From assembly GCA_963843555.1 (NCBI GenBank), contig CAWJKV010000012.1:54666-118665 (forward strand): a stretch of DNA of 64,000 nt, given 5' to 3'. The position numbers and the translations under genes were made by a program. This document shows positions 20,929 to 31,224 of the stretch, piece by piece. This DNA is from an uncultured Methanosarcinales archaeon. GTDB taxonomy: Archaea; Halobacteriota; Methanosarcinia; Methanotrichales; Methanotrichaceae. Within the stretch, counting starts at the first letter, position 1. Every line of letters begins with the position of its first letter. The notes under the pieces are model-generated. The model saw only the letters and a list, made by a program, of their open reading frames with translations. It was not told where the DNA came from and did no database searches.

Positions 20929-22164
20929 TCAGGCGGATATGTTCATCTCGCTGGATCTGGGAGCATAACCTGCCAGCTCCATATAACCGATGCCGATCTG
21001 CTTACCGGTATGGTTCTCCTCCCGTATTCGCATAATCCCTTCCCAGTACTTCACTTCACCATCTGCCACATTCATGGTCTGCTCGTCGAAGTATGGCTCC
21101 AGGGCAAATCTGCCTGCAGGGGTGTTGATGACCCATTCCAGTGGGTACTTGAATCCGAACAGGTCCGATGTCCACCATCTGGATGCTGTCAAGTTGGCGG
21201 CATCGTCTCCCGCCCACCAGGTCGCATTGCCAAGAGAGTCGATATAAGTCAGGCCGCGCATACTTGGTATATCCTTCAGTGAGGGGTCCTTGAGGTTATA
21301 GAGCATCACATAGCTGCCATTATCAAGACGCATGCTGAACCAATCCCAGGCAGGGAGACATCTTCCAAAGCCACCCCACTGATGATCAAACCAGCTATCA
21401 CCACGAACCTTAATCTCCCGCCCATCAATGGTCACTGTTCCTGTGGTATTCATGGCCGGATGGGAGTAGTAATAGGTCATTCCTGTCATGTTCTCTGCGT
21501 CTATCTTCTCGCAGGCCCCCATGGCGCTGACGCCCCCAGGCCGGTGCAGATAATAGCCCAGCTTGTCGTCAACCAGAGTCAGATTCAGGGATATGTTCTT
21601 TCCATGGCCGCCATCGTCTGATACATTTCCCGATGTGAGAATGTTCCAGGCATCCTGATCCTGCCAATAGGTAAGGTTGGTATGTGCATCCTGGTAGCGC
21701 CAATAGTCGCCTTTTATGCTGTCAGTGCCATTGGTGATCCCGGCCTGGTCAGGAAGAGTTGCATATCTGTAACGGGGATGCTGGCTGTTGTAGACATCGC
21801 TTATTGCAGCGTGATTTACGTATCCGATCAAACCAGGTTCGAGGTTTTGCTGGAAGAGGGTGTACTGAAATCCCAAGAGTTCGCCGGTCTTTATGTCGTT
21901 CAGGCCTCCTGTCCAGTAAAGCCATTCCACGAACAGCTCAGGGTCCTTAACAACAGATTGGGGCTGGTGGAGCAGATGGTCGGCGGGGAAATGGTATACG
22001 GTTTCAGCCTTTCCACTAATCACATCACCGAGTGGAGGCGAGCTGTTATTCAGTACCTGGCCTGTAGAATCAGCTAGCGTGAGAGGCACGAGCGCCATTA
22101 TAAGGCCGCCGATCAGCAGCAGGACCAATATAGAATGGAAGCATTTAATTCTTGATGTCATCAT
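20929..22164 (-). CDS. Secreted AttH/CrtC-like lipocalin-fold protein
   Basis: Signal peptide; [46 protein letters not shown]. Confidence 0.8.
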   Translation of the reverse strand: MMTSRIKCFHSILVLLLIGGLIMALVPLTLADSTGQVLNNSSPPLGDVISGKAETVYHFPADHLLHQPQSVVKDPELFVEWLYWTGGLNDIKTGELLGFQYTLFQQNLEPGLIGYVNHAAISDVYNSQHPRYRYATLPDQAGITNGTDSIKGDYWRYQDAHTNLTYWQDQDAWNILTSGNVSDDGGHGKNISLNLTLVDDKLGYYLHRPGGVSAMGACEKIDAENMTGMTYYYSHPAMNTTGTVTIDGREIKVRGDSWFDHQWGGFGRCLPAWDWFSMRLDNGSYVMLYNLKDPSLKDIPSMRGLTYIDSLGNATWWAGDDAANLTASRWWTSDLFGFKYPLEWVINTPAGRFALEPYFDEQTMNVADGEVKYWEGIMRIREENHTGKQIGIGYMELAGYAPRSSEMNISA

Positions 22165-22242
22165 TTGCCCTCCAAGGGCTCAACTTCACTATAATAAAAA
22201 GTAGCACATATAGCTTTCGGAATAGGAAGATAGATTTAAGGC

Positions 22243-22340
22243 GCTTACTTTGCCCGGGCTCCGGATAAGGAGGAAAGGGCCTCTATTGCAGCAGCCCTCA
22301 ACTCAAGACGACACGCCAGCCGCAAGGTGTCGGCGATCCT
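22243..22340 (+). repeat. Diverged copy of an internal segment of the downstream MFS gene (source about 23651-23749)
   Basis: gcttactttgcccgggctccg.ataaggaggaaagggcctc.attgcagcagccctca.ctcaagacg present at both sites. Confidence 0.9.
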
Positions 22341-22344
22341 ACTT

Positions 22345-22737
22345 TCAGTACGCTACGACCTTCAGCCCCGGCACTCGCTGGAAATGCTGGTCCTGGCTCA
22401 CGATGGTTGCATCATAGGCCAGAGCAATAGCTGCTATGGCCTCGTCAAGATCGCCCACCGGCCCTCCCCCGGCTCGAAGCAGGGCAGAGATGGCTCCAAA
22501 GATCTCATAGGCGTCTTCATTCAAATCGAGCACAAGAAGCTGATCAAGCAATGCGATTAGGATTCTCAGGTTCTCGTCCACCCTTTTTGAAAGGAAAACG
22601 CCTCTGTAAAGTTCCAGGACGTTTATGGATGTGGTGCAAACCGATTCATTGACGCCCTCAAGATGAGAGAGCATCTCCCGCGCGCTTTCCTGCCCCCGCA
22701 ACAGGTCGACAATGAAGGACGTATCCAGGACGATCAA
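22345..22737 (-). CDS. vapC: PIN-domain toxin, VapC family
   Basis: [41 protein letters not shown]. Confidence 0.92.
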   Translation of the reverse strand: MIVLDTSFIVDLLRGQESAREMLSHLEGVNESVCTTSINVLELYRGVFLSKRVDENLRILIALLDQLLVLDLNEDAYEIFGAISALLRAGGGPVGDLDEAIAAIALAYDATIVSQDQHFQRVPGLKVVAY

Positions 22738-22961
22738 AGATCAACACCACGAATTTTGGCCTGGCGCATCTCCTGGGATGCAGACTCAATAGAATCCGCC
22801 AGATCCCGGTTGACACCGATCTCAGCCAGGACAGAGGAGAGCCCTTTTCTCGCTGGATAGTATTTCAAGATAACATCGGAGAAGCTCTCTTTTTCCGAAC
22901 CCTTCAGGCTTTTCAGCTTCTGATATGCTTCGTCCGTAATGCTGATGGTTCTCGTAGGCAT
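22734..22961 (-). CDS. vapB: Archaeal VapB-type antitoxin
   Basis: [27 protein letters not shown]; 4-nt overlap with vapC. Confidence 0.9.
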   Translation of the reverse strand: MPTRTISITDEAYQKLKSLKGSEKESFSDVILKYYPARKGLSSVLAEIGVNRDLADSIESASQEMRQAKIRGVDL

Positions 22962-23110
22962 GGCAATGATATGTGTATGTATGTGTATTTATGATTTTCT
23001 GAACTGAAAAAAAAAGTCAATACAAAGCTGGGAGGATTGGGGAAAGAGCGAAAGCCACATGTATGCTCCGTGCTGGCTTACAACACGGTGAACTAGGAGA
23101 TTGATCTGAA

Positions 23111-24331
23111 TTGCCCAGTAACAGAAAAGCCCTTCTTGCCGTCCTCGGCTCATGCATCGCCATCTTCTGGCCTGGCGCTCTCACCTTCGGCTTTCCGGGA
23201 GTGATGGCTCCCATCTGGCAGGAGATGTTTCATGTCGGGCATGCTGCCACCGGCATGACCATCTTTTTCATGCTGGCGTCTGTGGGCGTTTTTATGTTCC
23301 TGGTGGGCCGCTGGCAGGAGCATTACGGCACCAGGAAAATGATCACTCTCGGTATCATACTCACCGCCTGCAGCTCTGTGGTCGCCGCCTATGCAACTTC
23401 AATCTACATGGTCTATGCCTGGGCTTTTCTCAATGGGCTTGCCTCCAGCTTCGTCTACATTCCGACCCTGACTCTGGTGCAATTGTGGTACCCGGAGAAG
23501 AAGGGGCTCGTCTCCGGCGTCGTCAGCATGGTCTTCGGACTCTCCGCAGCTATTATGGCTCCTCTTTTTGGAAAGATGCTGGCGACTCTCGGCTACCAGT
23601 CCATGAATCTGGCTCTCGCTCTTCTCACCCTGGCCGTTGGCCTGACAGGAGCTTACTTTGCCCGGGCTCCGAATAAGGAGGAAAGGGCCTCCATTGCAGC
23701 AGCCCTCACCTCAAGACGCCCCGCCAGCAGCAGGGTGCCGGCAAGATCTATGACTGCGGGGGAGAGTTTGCACACCCGAAGTTTCTGGTTCCTCTGGATA
23801 ACCTGGACGCTGGCGGGAGCTGCGGGCGTCTCCATGACGGTTCTATCCACCGGCTACGGACTGTTCCGGGGCTTTCCTCTGGAGTCGGCGGTTCTCATCC
23901 TGACCGCCTTCAACCTCACCAACGGGGCCGGGCGTCTGGTGAGCGGATACTTCTCGGATAAAATAGGAAGGACCAGGATCATTAGCCTGGCCTTTCTGGC
24001 AGCAGGCCTTGCCTATTTCGTCCTCCCCTGGACAGGCGACCTGGCGACCTGCGCACTCCTGGCGGCGGTGGTGGGATTCTCCTTCGGGACTCTATTCTCC
24101 GTCTCGGCTCCACTGGTGGCTGACTGCTTTGGCCTGGAGCACTTCGGGGCCATCTTCGGCCTAACCTTTGCTGCCTACGGTTTTGTCGCCGGACCTCTCG
24201 GGCCGATCCTTTCTGGATATCTGCTGGACAGGACCGGAGATAACTTCTTCCTGGTCTTTCTCTACCTCGGGCTCCTCTGCTTGCTCGCGGCTATCTGCAT
24301 CCGCCAGGTGGTGCCGCCCAAACGTGTATGA
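23111..24331 (+). CDS. MFS transporter, oxalate/formate antiporter (OFA)-like
   Basis: About 12 TM segments; WYPEKKGLVSG, NGAGRLVSGYFSDKIGR, FGLEHFGAIFG. Confidence 0.85.
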   Translation: MPSNRKALLAVLGSCIAIFWPGALTFGFPGVMAPIWQEMFHVGHAATGMTIFFMLASVGVFMFLVGRWQEHYGTRKMITLGIILTACSSVVAAYATSIYMVYAWAFLNGLASSFVYIPTLTLVQLWYPEKKGLVSGVVSMVFGLSAAIMAPLFGKMLATLGYQSMNLALALLTLAVGLTGAYFARAPNKEERASIAAALTSRRPASSRVPARSMTAGESLHTRSFWFLWITWTLAGAAGVSMTVLSTGYGLFRGFPLESAVLILTAFNLTNGAGRLVSGYFSDKIGRTRIISLAFLAAGLAYFVLPWTGDLATCALLAAVVGFSFGTLFSVSAPLVADCFGLEHFGAIFGLTFAAYGFVAGPLGPILSGYLLDRTGDNFFLVFLYLGLLCLLAAICIRQVVPPKRV

Positions 24332-24404
24332 TGAAGAATGAATGGGAAAGAATAGGGAACTCATGATTCAAATTTTTTCCAGAACCCTTTATAATATCCC
24401 CGGC

Positions 24405-24836
24405 TCAGAATTGCACATCTACCTCAACCAGTTTCGCCCCCTGCCGGAGGGCCTCCTTCACTGCATTCTGGTCCTTCATGAGGAAGATGCGCCACTCCTG
24501 GGTCTCGATTTGAGCCAGGGAGTTCTTCAGCACCTCCGCGTACCTGCTCTTGTGGCCTAATTTGACGACGTATCCTCTTGAGTTTTCCACCAGCTCCACG
24601 GCAAATCCCCTTCGCTCTAAGAGTTTCTGGACCAGGTTCCTCTCGCCGGGGGTCTTGAGGACGAATCGGTAGCCATCTTTATCGTAGTAATCGGCAAGCT
24701 CTCGAAAGGTCTCCCTATCCTCGAAGAAGTGCTTGAAGATCCAGTGGCGACCGGCCTTGATGATGGTGATGCTCTTCTCCGGAATGGCTGGCAAAGCGTT
24801 TTCAAGCACGAAGAATTCCTCGGAAGTAATTATCAT
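24405..24836 (-). CDS. Hypothetical protein
   Basis: 143-codon ORF from ATG 24836 with protein-like composition (WIFKHFFEDRETFRELADYY; RIFLMKD). Confidence 0.7.
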   Translation of the reverse strand: MIITSEEFFVLENALPAIPEKSITIIKAGRHWIFKHFFEDRETFRELADYYDKDGYRFVLKTPGERNLVQKLLERRGFAVELVENSRGYVVKLGHKSRYAEVLKNSLAQIETQEWRIFLMKDQNAVKEALRQGAKLVEVDVQF

Positions 24837-25079
24837 TGTATTAGATATAAAATTTGTGGAGATAGAATACTGACCGGCCTTGACATTAACTAGGAAGGCT
24901 CGGTTAGGTTTCAACCATAAAAACTGTGAAATTCGGCATTGCCAGGCGAGGGAAACTGGATCCAATACTAATCATCCAGATCTGTATTAAGTATGAACGG
25001 AATCGTCTATATTATTCTTGAAGAGTACATTACTAGTCTATGAGATGGGTGAGCGCAGATAATAGCGATCTGCATAATA

Positions 25080-25313
25080 ATGGTCTCCTTTAATACAGCT
25101 TCGGCTTCGGGAGGAGATATCTCGGACCTGGAGAGACTTATCGCAACCAATGAAGATACACGCATGGATTCCCAAGACCTGGCGTTCTTCCTCGCCACCC
25201 ATAACTACAACGCTATGCCCAAGGATGGCTATGTAGAATTGAATCTGAATGGCAAGATCTGTAAGCTCGTCCCAAATGGCGATAAGACTGGGTTATGTGA
25301 TCTAATGCCTTGA
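25080..25313 (+). CDS. Small hypothetical protein, probably exported
   Basis: Hydrophobic segment upstream in frame (AQIIAICIIMV); DLAFFLATHNYNA; start uncertain. Confidence 0.6.
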   Translation: MVSFNTASASGGDISDLERLIATNEDTRMDSQDLAFFLATHNYNAMPKDGYVELNLNGKICKLVPNGDKTGLCDLMP

Positions 25314-25319
25314 TGTGAT

Positions 25320-25601
25320 ATGGGAGAGACAATGAGATCAAGAATAGTGTCCAACGACGTGGTCAAAGCTCAGGTTCTAAAAGCATGCGCAAACGGGGCG
25401 AGCTGTACGAGGATTGTTCATCAAGCCAGCCCTAACACGATAAAAGTGATATCATATTTGCTCTTGATAGACCAGGGTTTAATTGAAGTAAAATCAGTAG
25501 GTCCGAAGGTTGTTCACAGAACGACGCCCAAAGGAATGGATCTGATAGAGAAATTCGAACGTTTTCACGTAGAGACGGATAAATCAACCTGTAAAATATG
25601 A
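25320..25601 (+). CDS. Small winged-helix protein (ArnR1/HTH_45-like)
   Basis: QVLKACANGASCTRIVHQ...LLIDQGLIEV...HRTTPKGMDL. Confidence 0.65.
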   Translation: MGETMRSRIVSNDVVKAQVLKACANGASCTRIVHQASPNTIKVISYLLLIDQGLIEVKSVGPKVVHRTTPKGMDLIEKFERFHVETDKSTCKI

Positions 25602-25748
25602 GAGTCCCGAACTCAAAATGCTTTCTTCGCCTATTTGCCAAAAAAGAATCTTGACCCCTGCCTGGGGCAGAGGCCGCCCTGCTCAGAACTTTTCCAGGGA
25701 ACTCTCATTCAGAGGACAGAGGAGCCAGGAACACTTTCCATAGGTCGC

Positions 25749-26474
25749 TCACGTATAGGGATTGTAAGTGTGACCTGTAGAGGGGTAAGTGTAGGTTGTC
25801 TGGCCATCTGCATAGGGGTAGGGATAGGGATATGGCGCGGGGGTGGGGGTTGGGCTCGGGTTCGGGTTTACCCAGTAACTGCTGGGGCCGTAGACATAGA
25901 TGTAGGCATAGTTGCTCCAGCCGTTGCAGTAATATTGCAGAATGTGCCAGCCGGGAACGTCAGCGAAGAACCATCTCTTGTACCAGCCTGGGTAGTAGAC
26001 ATTTCCAGCATATTGAGTTTCGAGCCTTCCATTGGGATACCACTCATAAAACCATATATCGCCTGCTCCTGAGGTCTCCATCCATAAAGGCAGATTAGCA
26101 TAAAGGTTACAGCTTGCCACGGTCAGCGGGGCATAAGAGATGTAGAGGCTATTTTGCGCATAACCGCCTGGGGGAACAACCATCTTACTGTACACAGGGT
26201 TGCTGGCAGTGGATTTCAACCCTTGGGGTGCTGAGGCATAAGCTGCACTCTCGCTGGCACTCATGAGACCCTGATTTCTCTCCTGCACAGAGGGAGTCTG
26301 TCCCGAGGTGGTGAGAGCGGTTGGCGCCTCCAGTCCCAGGGATTCTGGGCTGGTCGGAGTGCTCGGTGTGGGTGCGCCACCTGCTGTGCTTGTAGAATAC
26401 GATTCCATTTGCCCCCACGCTACAGTGCATAGGAGCATAATCAGCGCTATTATCAATACAGTCCATTTCATCAA
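25749..26474 (-). CDS. Secreted hypothetical protein with S/T/P-rich linker and Pro/Tyr-rich tail
   Basis: Signal peptide MKWTVLIIALIMLLCTVAWG; Trp/Tyr-rich core; NPNPSPTPTPAPYPYPYPY. Confidence 0.8.
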   Translation of the reverse strand: MMKWTVLIIALIMLLCTVAWGQMESYSTSTAGGAPTPSTPTSPESLGLEAPTALTTSGQTPSVQERNQGLMSASESAAYASAPQGLKSTASNPVYSKMVVPPGGYAQNSLYISYAPLTVASCNLYANLPLWMETSGAGDIWFYEWYPNGRLETQYAGNVYYPGWYKRWFFADVPGWHILQYYCNGWSNYAYIYVYGPSSYWVNPNPSPTPTPAPYPYPYPYADGQTTYTYPSTGHTYNPYT

Positions 26475-26739
26475 GGAACACCTCTGTAAATTATTGACGT
26501 TATGTATGTATATAGGTAACTGTGGAGGTATGCAGCTGTGGGGGCGTGCAACTGTGGAGAAATGAGAAATGTAACGGTGGAGATGTAGTACATTTCTTCC
26601 TGGGCCGGATGGCTCGACATATTTTTAGCCAGTTCCGCAAACGATAATAAATATCAAAAAATTAATTCTGTTATGCCAAGAGAACACTTTCGCTCCGCAT
26701 CCATCATACTTTTATTCGAATTATGCGAACCTTTGCCAT

Positions 26740-27904
26740 GTGATTAAAGGCAAGGAAGCCTATTTAAAAAAATTGACCGCCAATATGTATATCCCTTCGC
26801 TGGAGGTGGGAAAGGAGCTGGATGGCAGCACTCCACCCTCCGTCTTCATCGGCAGCTGGAACTATCCAAAGGTCTACGCTGGACCAATGATCGCCGCGCA
26901 GCACGGCAATACGACTATCATGGACCGGCCGGAATCATGGATACCGGAAAAGAAGACCCAGGAGGAGATCATAAGATACCGCTTGAACCTGATAAGGGGC
27001 AAGCAGTCCGTCAAAGTCACCCAACTGGAGAATCCCTTTATAGAGAAGCTGCGCGACATCTCACTTTCAGCTTCATCCATTGAGAGCCTGGCGGAATTCG
27101 GTCATGCTCCCAAAGGCATGTCATTCAGCGACGAACACACCCCCTTCGGGCCCAGCGCGCCTCTGGAGAGGTTCGACATCGACAATACCAGATGGGATCA
27201 CGATCTTGAGAAGGTCTATTATGATGGAGACCTCCTGGCAAAAGACGCAGTTTTCGATTTGCATCAGAAGGGCCTGCCTTTTTCCAGTATCCAGAAGGCT
27301 TTCTCCGTGGGTGCCATGGGCACGAAGAAGAGACGCCGCCTTGTCCCTACGCGCTGGTCCATAACCGCCTGCGACAGCACTCTAGGAAATCGCTTTCTAC
27401 AAGAGGTCAGAGACAACGATGTCATCGATGGCTTTGAGGTGAGGGAGTTCGCCAGCCTCAACAACTACTATGCAGTCTTGCTCCTGCCCAGTGCCTGGCA
27501 GTACGAGTGGATGGAAGCCTTCCTGCACATTCTTGGAAAGGAAGAGCTGATGTTCTCCGATTTCGAGAATAATGGGGGCAAGAAGGGCTATTCCCGTGTC
27601 GGTGGATGCTACTACTCCTGCAAGATGGCGGTCCTGGAGGCACTGGCGCGCGAGAAGAAGCAGGCAGGAGCGATTATCCTGAGGGAAGCGTATGCAGGAT
27701 ATGTGCCGTTGGGTGTCTTCAATGTCAGGGAAAATGTAAGGAACGCCATGCTCCAGCCTCCAGTGGAGTTTGAAGACATGATCGGCGGCTCTGGGATACA
27801 TCTCCAAGAGGCTTGAGCTTCCTGTGAAGAGGTTCATCAGCCAGAGCGGTCTCCTCAGGGAGCAGCTCAAGAGCCGCCAGACCAAATTGAGCAGTTTCTC
27901 CTGA
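26740..27904 (+). CDS. nreA: Archaeal PCNA-interacting DNA repair protein Nre (indel near 27780)
   Basis: [52 protein letters not shown]; shifted frame ends QTKLSSFS* (PIP box). Confidence 0.88.
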
Positions 27905-28012
27905 TGCACTTATTCAATCTATTCGTTGGATCGATTCTTTGATCTCCGGGCAGTTCTCTTATATCCAGCCGCATGCCAATATATCATACATCAAGGATCA
28001 GGATGTGTGCTT

Positions 28013-28897
28013 ATGCAAGATGGCGGGACCAGGATGACAGGCGGCGATATGGCGCCAGAGCTTCAGGCAAAAGTGGATAAACTGATGGAGGAGTTTGCAG
28101 CTGTGGTGGATGCCATGGCTGAAGATCGTCATCTCCAGAAGGGCATAGCCAGAATCCAGTTACCATTCAGCATGGTGGCTATCCTGGACAAAGAGAAACT
28201 CTCTATCCTGGCCCAGTTTCGAATGGAGAACAGATTCGCAAGCTATTTTTATAAACCCAACATAGCATTAACTCCCCAGCAGGCAGCCAACAGCGCTCAG
28301 TGGGAGTTTGGTTTTGTTGACGCCTACATAATCCAGTTTCCAGGATCTTTGCTGGACCAGAGTTCTACTGATAGACATTCAGCTCTGCAAACAGTAGCTG
28401 CCCAGCATATCGACTCGGAGTTCTCGAGATTGGCTCAAATGCTCAGCCTCATGAGCACAAGGCCCATATTTGGGCCGGCAGCCCAGCCAATAGGGTCCCG
28501 ACCTGTGCTTTTGCTCCTGCCCCAGGATGCAGATCTGAGAATCAACCAGGAGGCTATTTTGAAAGCCATTGAGGCCAACAACCTCAGCGAGAATGAAGCC
28601 GAAGACATAAGGGCTGGAAAATCTGCTGTTCGCGAGATGTGGTATTCCCTCAATCGTGCGGCAGTAATCATTGCCGATCTCACAGGAACCGATGCAGGGG
28701 TCATGTATGGCCTGGGCATCGCTCATACCCTGGGAAAAGAGACGATCCTGATTCATCCGCAAGGCTCAAGATACCTGACGGATATTCCCAGGACATACAG
28801 GATAGAGTACGAGGACAGTACTGTTGGCAGGGCAAGTTTGGAAGAGCAGCTTTCCCAGATGCTACGCTCCATGTTGACATCTGTTGTGGAAGACTGA
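28013..28897 (+). CDS. Hypothetical protein with C-terminal nucleoside 2-deoxyribosyltransferase-like domain
   Basis: AAVIIADLTGTDAGVMYGLGIAHTLGKETILI matches the IADLT..N.NV.YELG.A..LGK pattern. Confidence 0.65.
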   Translation: MQDGGTRMTGGDMAPELQAKVDKLMEEFAAVVDAMAEDRHLQKGIARIQLPFSMVAILDKEKLSILAQFRMENRFASYFYKPNIALTPQQAANSAQWEFGFVDAYIIQFPGSLLDQSSTDRHSALQTVAAQHIDSEFSRLAQMLSLMSTRPIFGPAAQPIGSRPVLLLLPQDADLRINQEAILKAIEANNLSENEAEDIRAGKSAVREMWYSLNRAAVIIADLTGTDAGVMYGLGIAHTLGKETILIHPQGSRYLTDIPRTYRIEYEDSTVGRASLEEQLSQMLRSMLTSVVED

Positions 28898-29015
28898 GGC
28901 CAAAACTAGCCAAATCCAGTGAAGCCTATAATGTTATATATGTCCTGCCTTTATACGAAGCTCCGACTCCGAACTCAGGTCTCGAGCTTCACTTGACCCA
29001 GGAGGGGAAAAGAGG

Positions 29016-30155
29016 TTGAAAAAGATAAGGTTGGCAATCGCGGGCATGGGAAACTGCGCAAGCTCCCTGATTCAAGGGATCGAATATTATAAACACATAG
29101 ATGAAAAAGAATGCATCGGACTGATGCATTATGATATCTGCGGTTACAGAGCTGGCGATATCGATGTCGCGGCGGCTTTCGACATAGACGTGCGAAAGGT
29201 AGGCAAAGATGTAGGCCAGGCCATATTTGCGAAGCCCAACTGCACCAAGGTCTTCTATCCTGATGTTCCCCACAAAGATGTCGAGGTCAAGATGGGACCG
29301 GTTCTGGATGGCGTTGCTCCTCATATGTTGAACTACCCTGAGGACAAAAGATTTGTCGTGGCCGATGTCGAGCCCTGCAATGTAGTGCGGGAGCTTGAGG
29401 ATTCCGGTGCCGATGTTCTGGTAAATTACATGCCAGTAGGCTCAGAAAAGGCCACTCGCTTCTATGCTCAGGCGGCTCTTGATGCGGGTGTCGGATTTGT
29501 CAACTGCATGCCGGTATTCATTGCATCCAACCCCGAGTGGGCCAGGAAGTTCCAGGAATCAGGTGTGCCGATTGTGGGCGATGACATAAAATCTCAAATA
29601 GGCGCTACCATTGTGCACCGGGCTCTCACTCAACTGTTCAAGGATAGAGCCTGCGTCATGGACAGGACCTACCAGCTTAACATTGGCGGGAATACCGACT
29701 TTCTGAATATGCTCAATCGGGAGAGGCTCAAATCCAAGAAGATCTCCAAGACGGAAGCCGTGCAATCCATTCTGGACACGCCTCTGAGCGACGATGATAT
29801 CCACATCGGTCCTTCTGATTATGTGCCATGGCAAAAAGACAATAAGGTCTGCTTCCTGAGAATGGAAGGCAGGATCTTTGGTGATACTCCTATCAATCTC
29901 GAGCTGCGTCTTTCCGTGGAGGACTCGCCCAATAGCGGAGGAAGCTCCATTGACGCCATAAGGATATGCAAGCTGGCAAAAGACAGAAAGATCGGAGGGC
30001 CGCTTCTGGCCATTTCTGCTTACACCATGAAGCATCCGCCGGTGCAGTATCCTGATGATGTGGCCAAAGAACTGGTAGAGCAGTTCATCCAGGGCGATGC
30101 ATGCGTGCCGGAAAACGCGAGGCCTAGCCTGCGCCAGGTAGTAACCGTTAAATGA
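29016..30155 (+). CDS. ino1: myo-Inositol-1-phosphate synthase
   Basis: AGMGNCASSL, VNYMPVGS, VGDDIKSQIGAT, QLNIGGNTDF, SKKISKT, VEDSPNS. Confidence 0.95.
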   Translation: MKKIRLAIAGMGNCASSLIQGIEYYKHIDEKECIGLMHYDICGYRAGDIDVAAAFDIDVRKVGKDVGQAIFAKPNCTKVFYPDVPHKDVEVKMGPVLDGVAPHMLNYPEDKRFVVADVEPCNVVRELEDSGADVLVNYMPVGSEKATRFYAQAALDAGVGFVNCMPVFIASNPEWARKFQESGVPIVGDDIKSQIGATIVHRALTQLFKDRACVMDRTYQLNIGGNTDFLNMLNRERLKSKKISKTEAVQSILDTPLSDDDIHIGPSDYVPWQKDNKVCFLRMEGRIFGDTPINLELRLSVEDSPNSGGSSIDAIRICKLAKDRKIGGPLLAISAYTMKHPPVQYPDDVAKELVEQFIQGDACVPENARPSLRQVVTVK

Positions 30156-30225
30156 TTTGACTATTTTGCTTTGGCCGTGGATGGCACGGCCAGAGATAAC
30201 CGTCTTTTCAAAGAGATGATCAAGA

Positions 30226-30552
30226 TTGTTCCACCAATATGCAGATGCGGTCGAAGTGCAGATGGCACCTGGCCTCATCCGTCGAACCCTAGTCAGCGGA
30301 GAGAGACTCATGATTTGCCGATTTGATCTGGACCAGGGCGTGGTGATTCCAAACCACTCTCACCCCCATGATCAGGCGGGCTATGTGGTCTCGGGACTGA
30401 TTCGAGTTACAGTTGAGGGCGTTGGTCTGGAACTGGGTCCTGGGGACAGCTACTGCGCTCCATCGGGAGTCCTGCACTCTGCGCAGGCTCTGGAGAAGAC
30501 TGTGGTAGTGGATACCTTCAGCCCGCCAAGAGAAGACTACCGCTCCACATAG
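30226..30552 (+). CDS. Cupin domain protein
   Basis: PNHSHPHDQAGYVVSG, GDS..PSGVLH, DTFSPPREDY. Confidence 0.9.
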   Translation: MFHQYADAVEVQMAPGLIRRTLVSGERLMICRFDLDQGVVIPNHSHPHDQAGYVVSGLIRVTVEGVGLELGPGDSYCAPSGVLHSAQALEKTVVVDTFSPPREDYRST

Positions 30553-30589
30553 CAAAGTCGTTGGAAAAAAGATGGCAAATAAATGAGGG

Positions 30590-31084
30590 CTAAAGGCTGT
30601 GGCTCTTCAGACCCAGGATCTCGTCAACCTTGACTCCCTCCAGCTTCCAGACCATGTTTCGCCCTCCGTTCAACAGTACCTCCACCGGCCCCTCGGGCGA
30701 ATGGCCAAGAGCAGATAGGACATTGGATGAGAGCCCTTTGCTCTTAATCAAGTTCACGAATCTCTCCCTAATCTGGCTTTTCACTCCGGCATCTTTCACC
30801 TCTGCAAGCCGGCCGGGCAGGGCTACAAAGCTGAAAGTGGAAAGATCCGGCGAATAATTCTCTATTTCCACGATTACGTTGGGATTATTCCGGAAGTACT
30901 GCACCTTCCTTCCATAATTGGTAGACAGAAAGTACATGAATCTGCCATCAAATACGTAAAGGAAAGGCGCGATGTAAGGATGCTCTTCGCCCTTGAAGGC
31001 GATGCGGCAGATGTATTGTTCTTTTACCAGGCGGTCGTACTCCGCCTTTCCCATGCGGGGCATCTTGAAGATATCCTCAGACAT
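30590..31084 (-). CDS. Pyridoxamine 5'-phosphate oxidase-like flavin-binding protein
   Basis: ICRIAFKGEEHPYIAPFLY, YFLSTNYGRK...NPNV; ATG 31084. Confidence 0.85.
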   Translation of the reverse strand: MSEDIFKMPRMGKAEYDRLVKEQYICRIAFKGEEHPYIAPFLYVFDGRFMYFLSTNYGRKVQYFRNNPNVIVEIENYSPDLSTFSFVALPGRLAEVKDAGVKSQIRERFVNLIKSKGLSSNVLSALGHSPEGPVEVLLNGGRNMVWKLEGVKVDEILGLKSHSL

Positions 31085-31224
31085 TTCATTCTCCTCTGCG
31101 AGAGCCGTCGCGTAAAGTCTGCTTGACCGCCGTCCCGAAAAAGATTTCGAAACGATTTTAGATGGGATCACTTTCACCCCGCAAGCATATTGATTATAAT
31201 CCAATAAGTTCGACAACCATCTGG

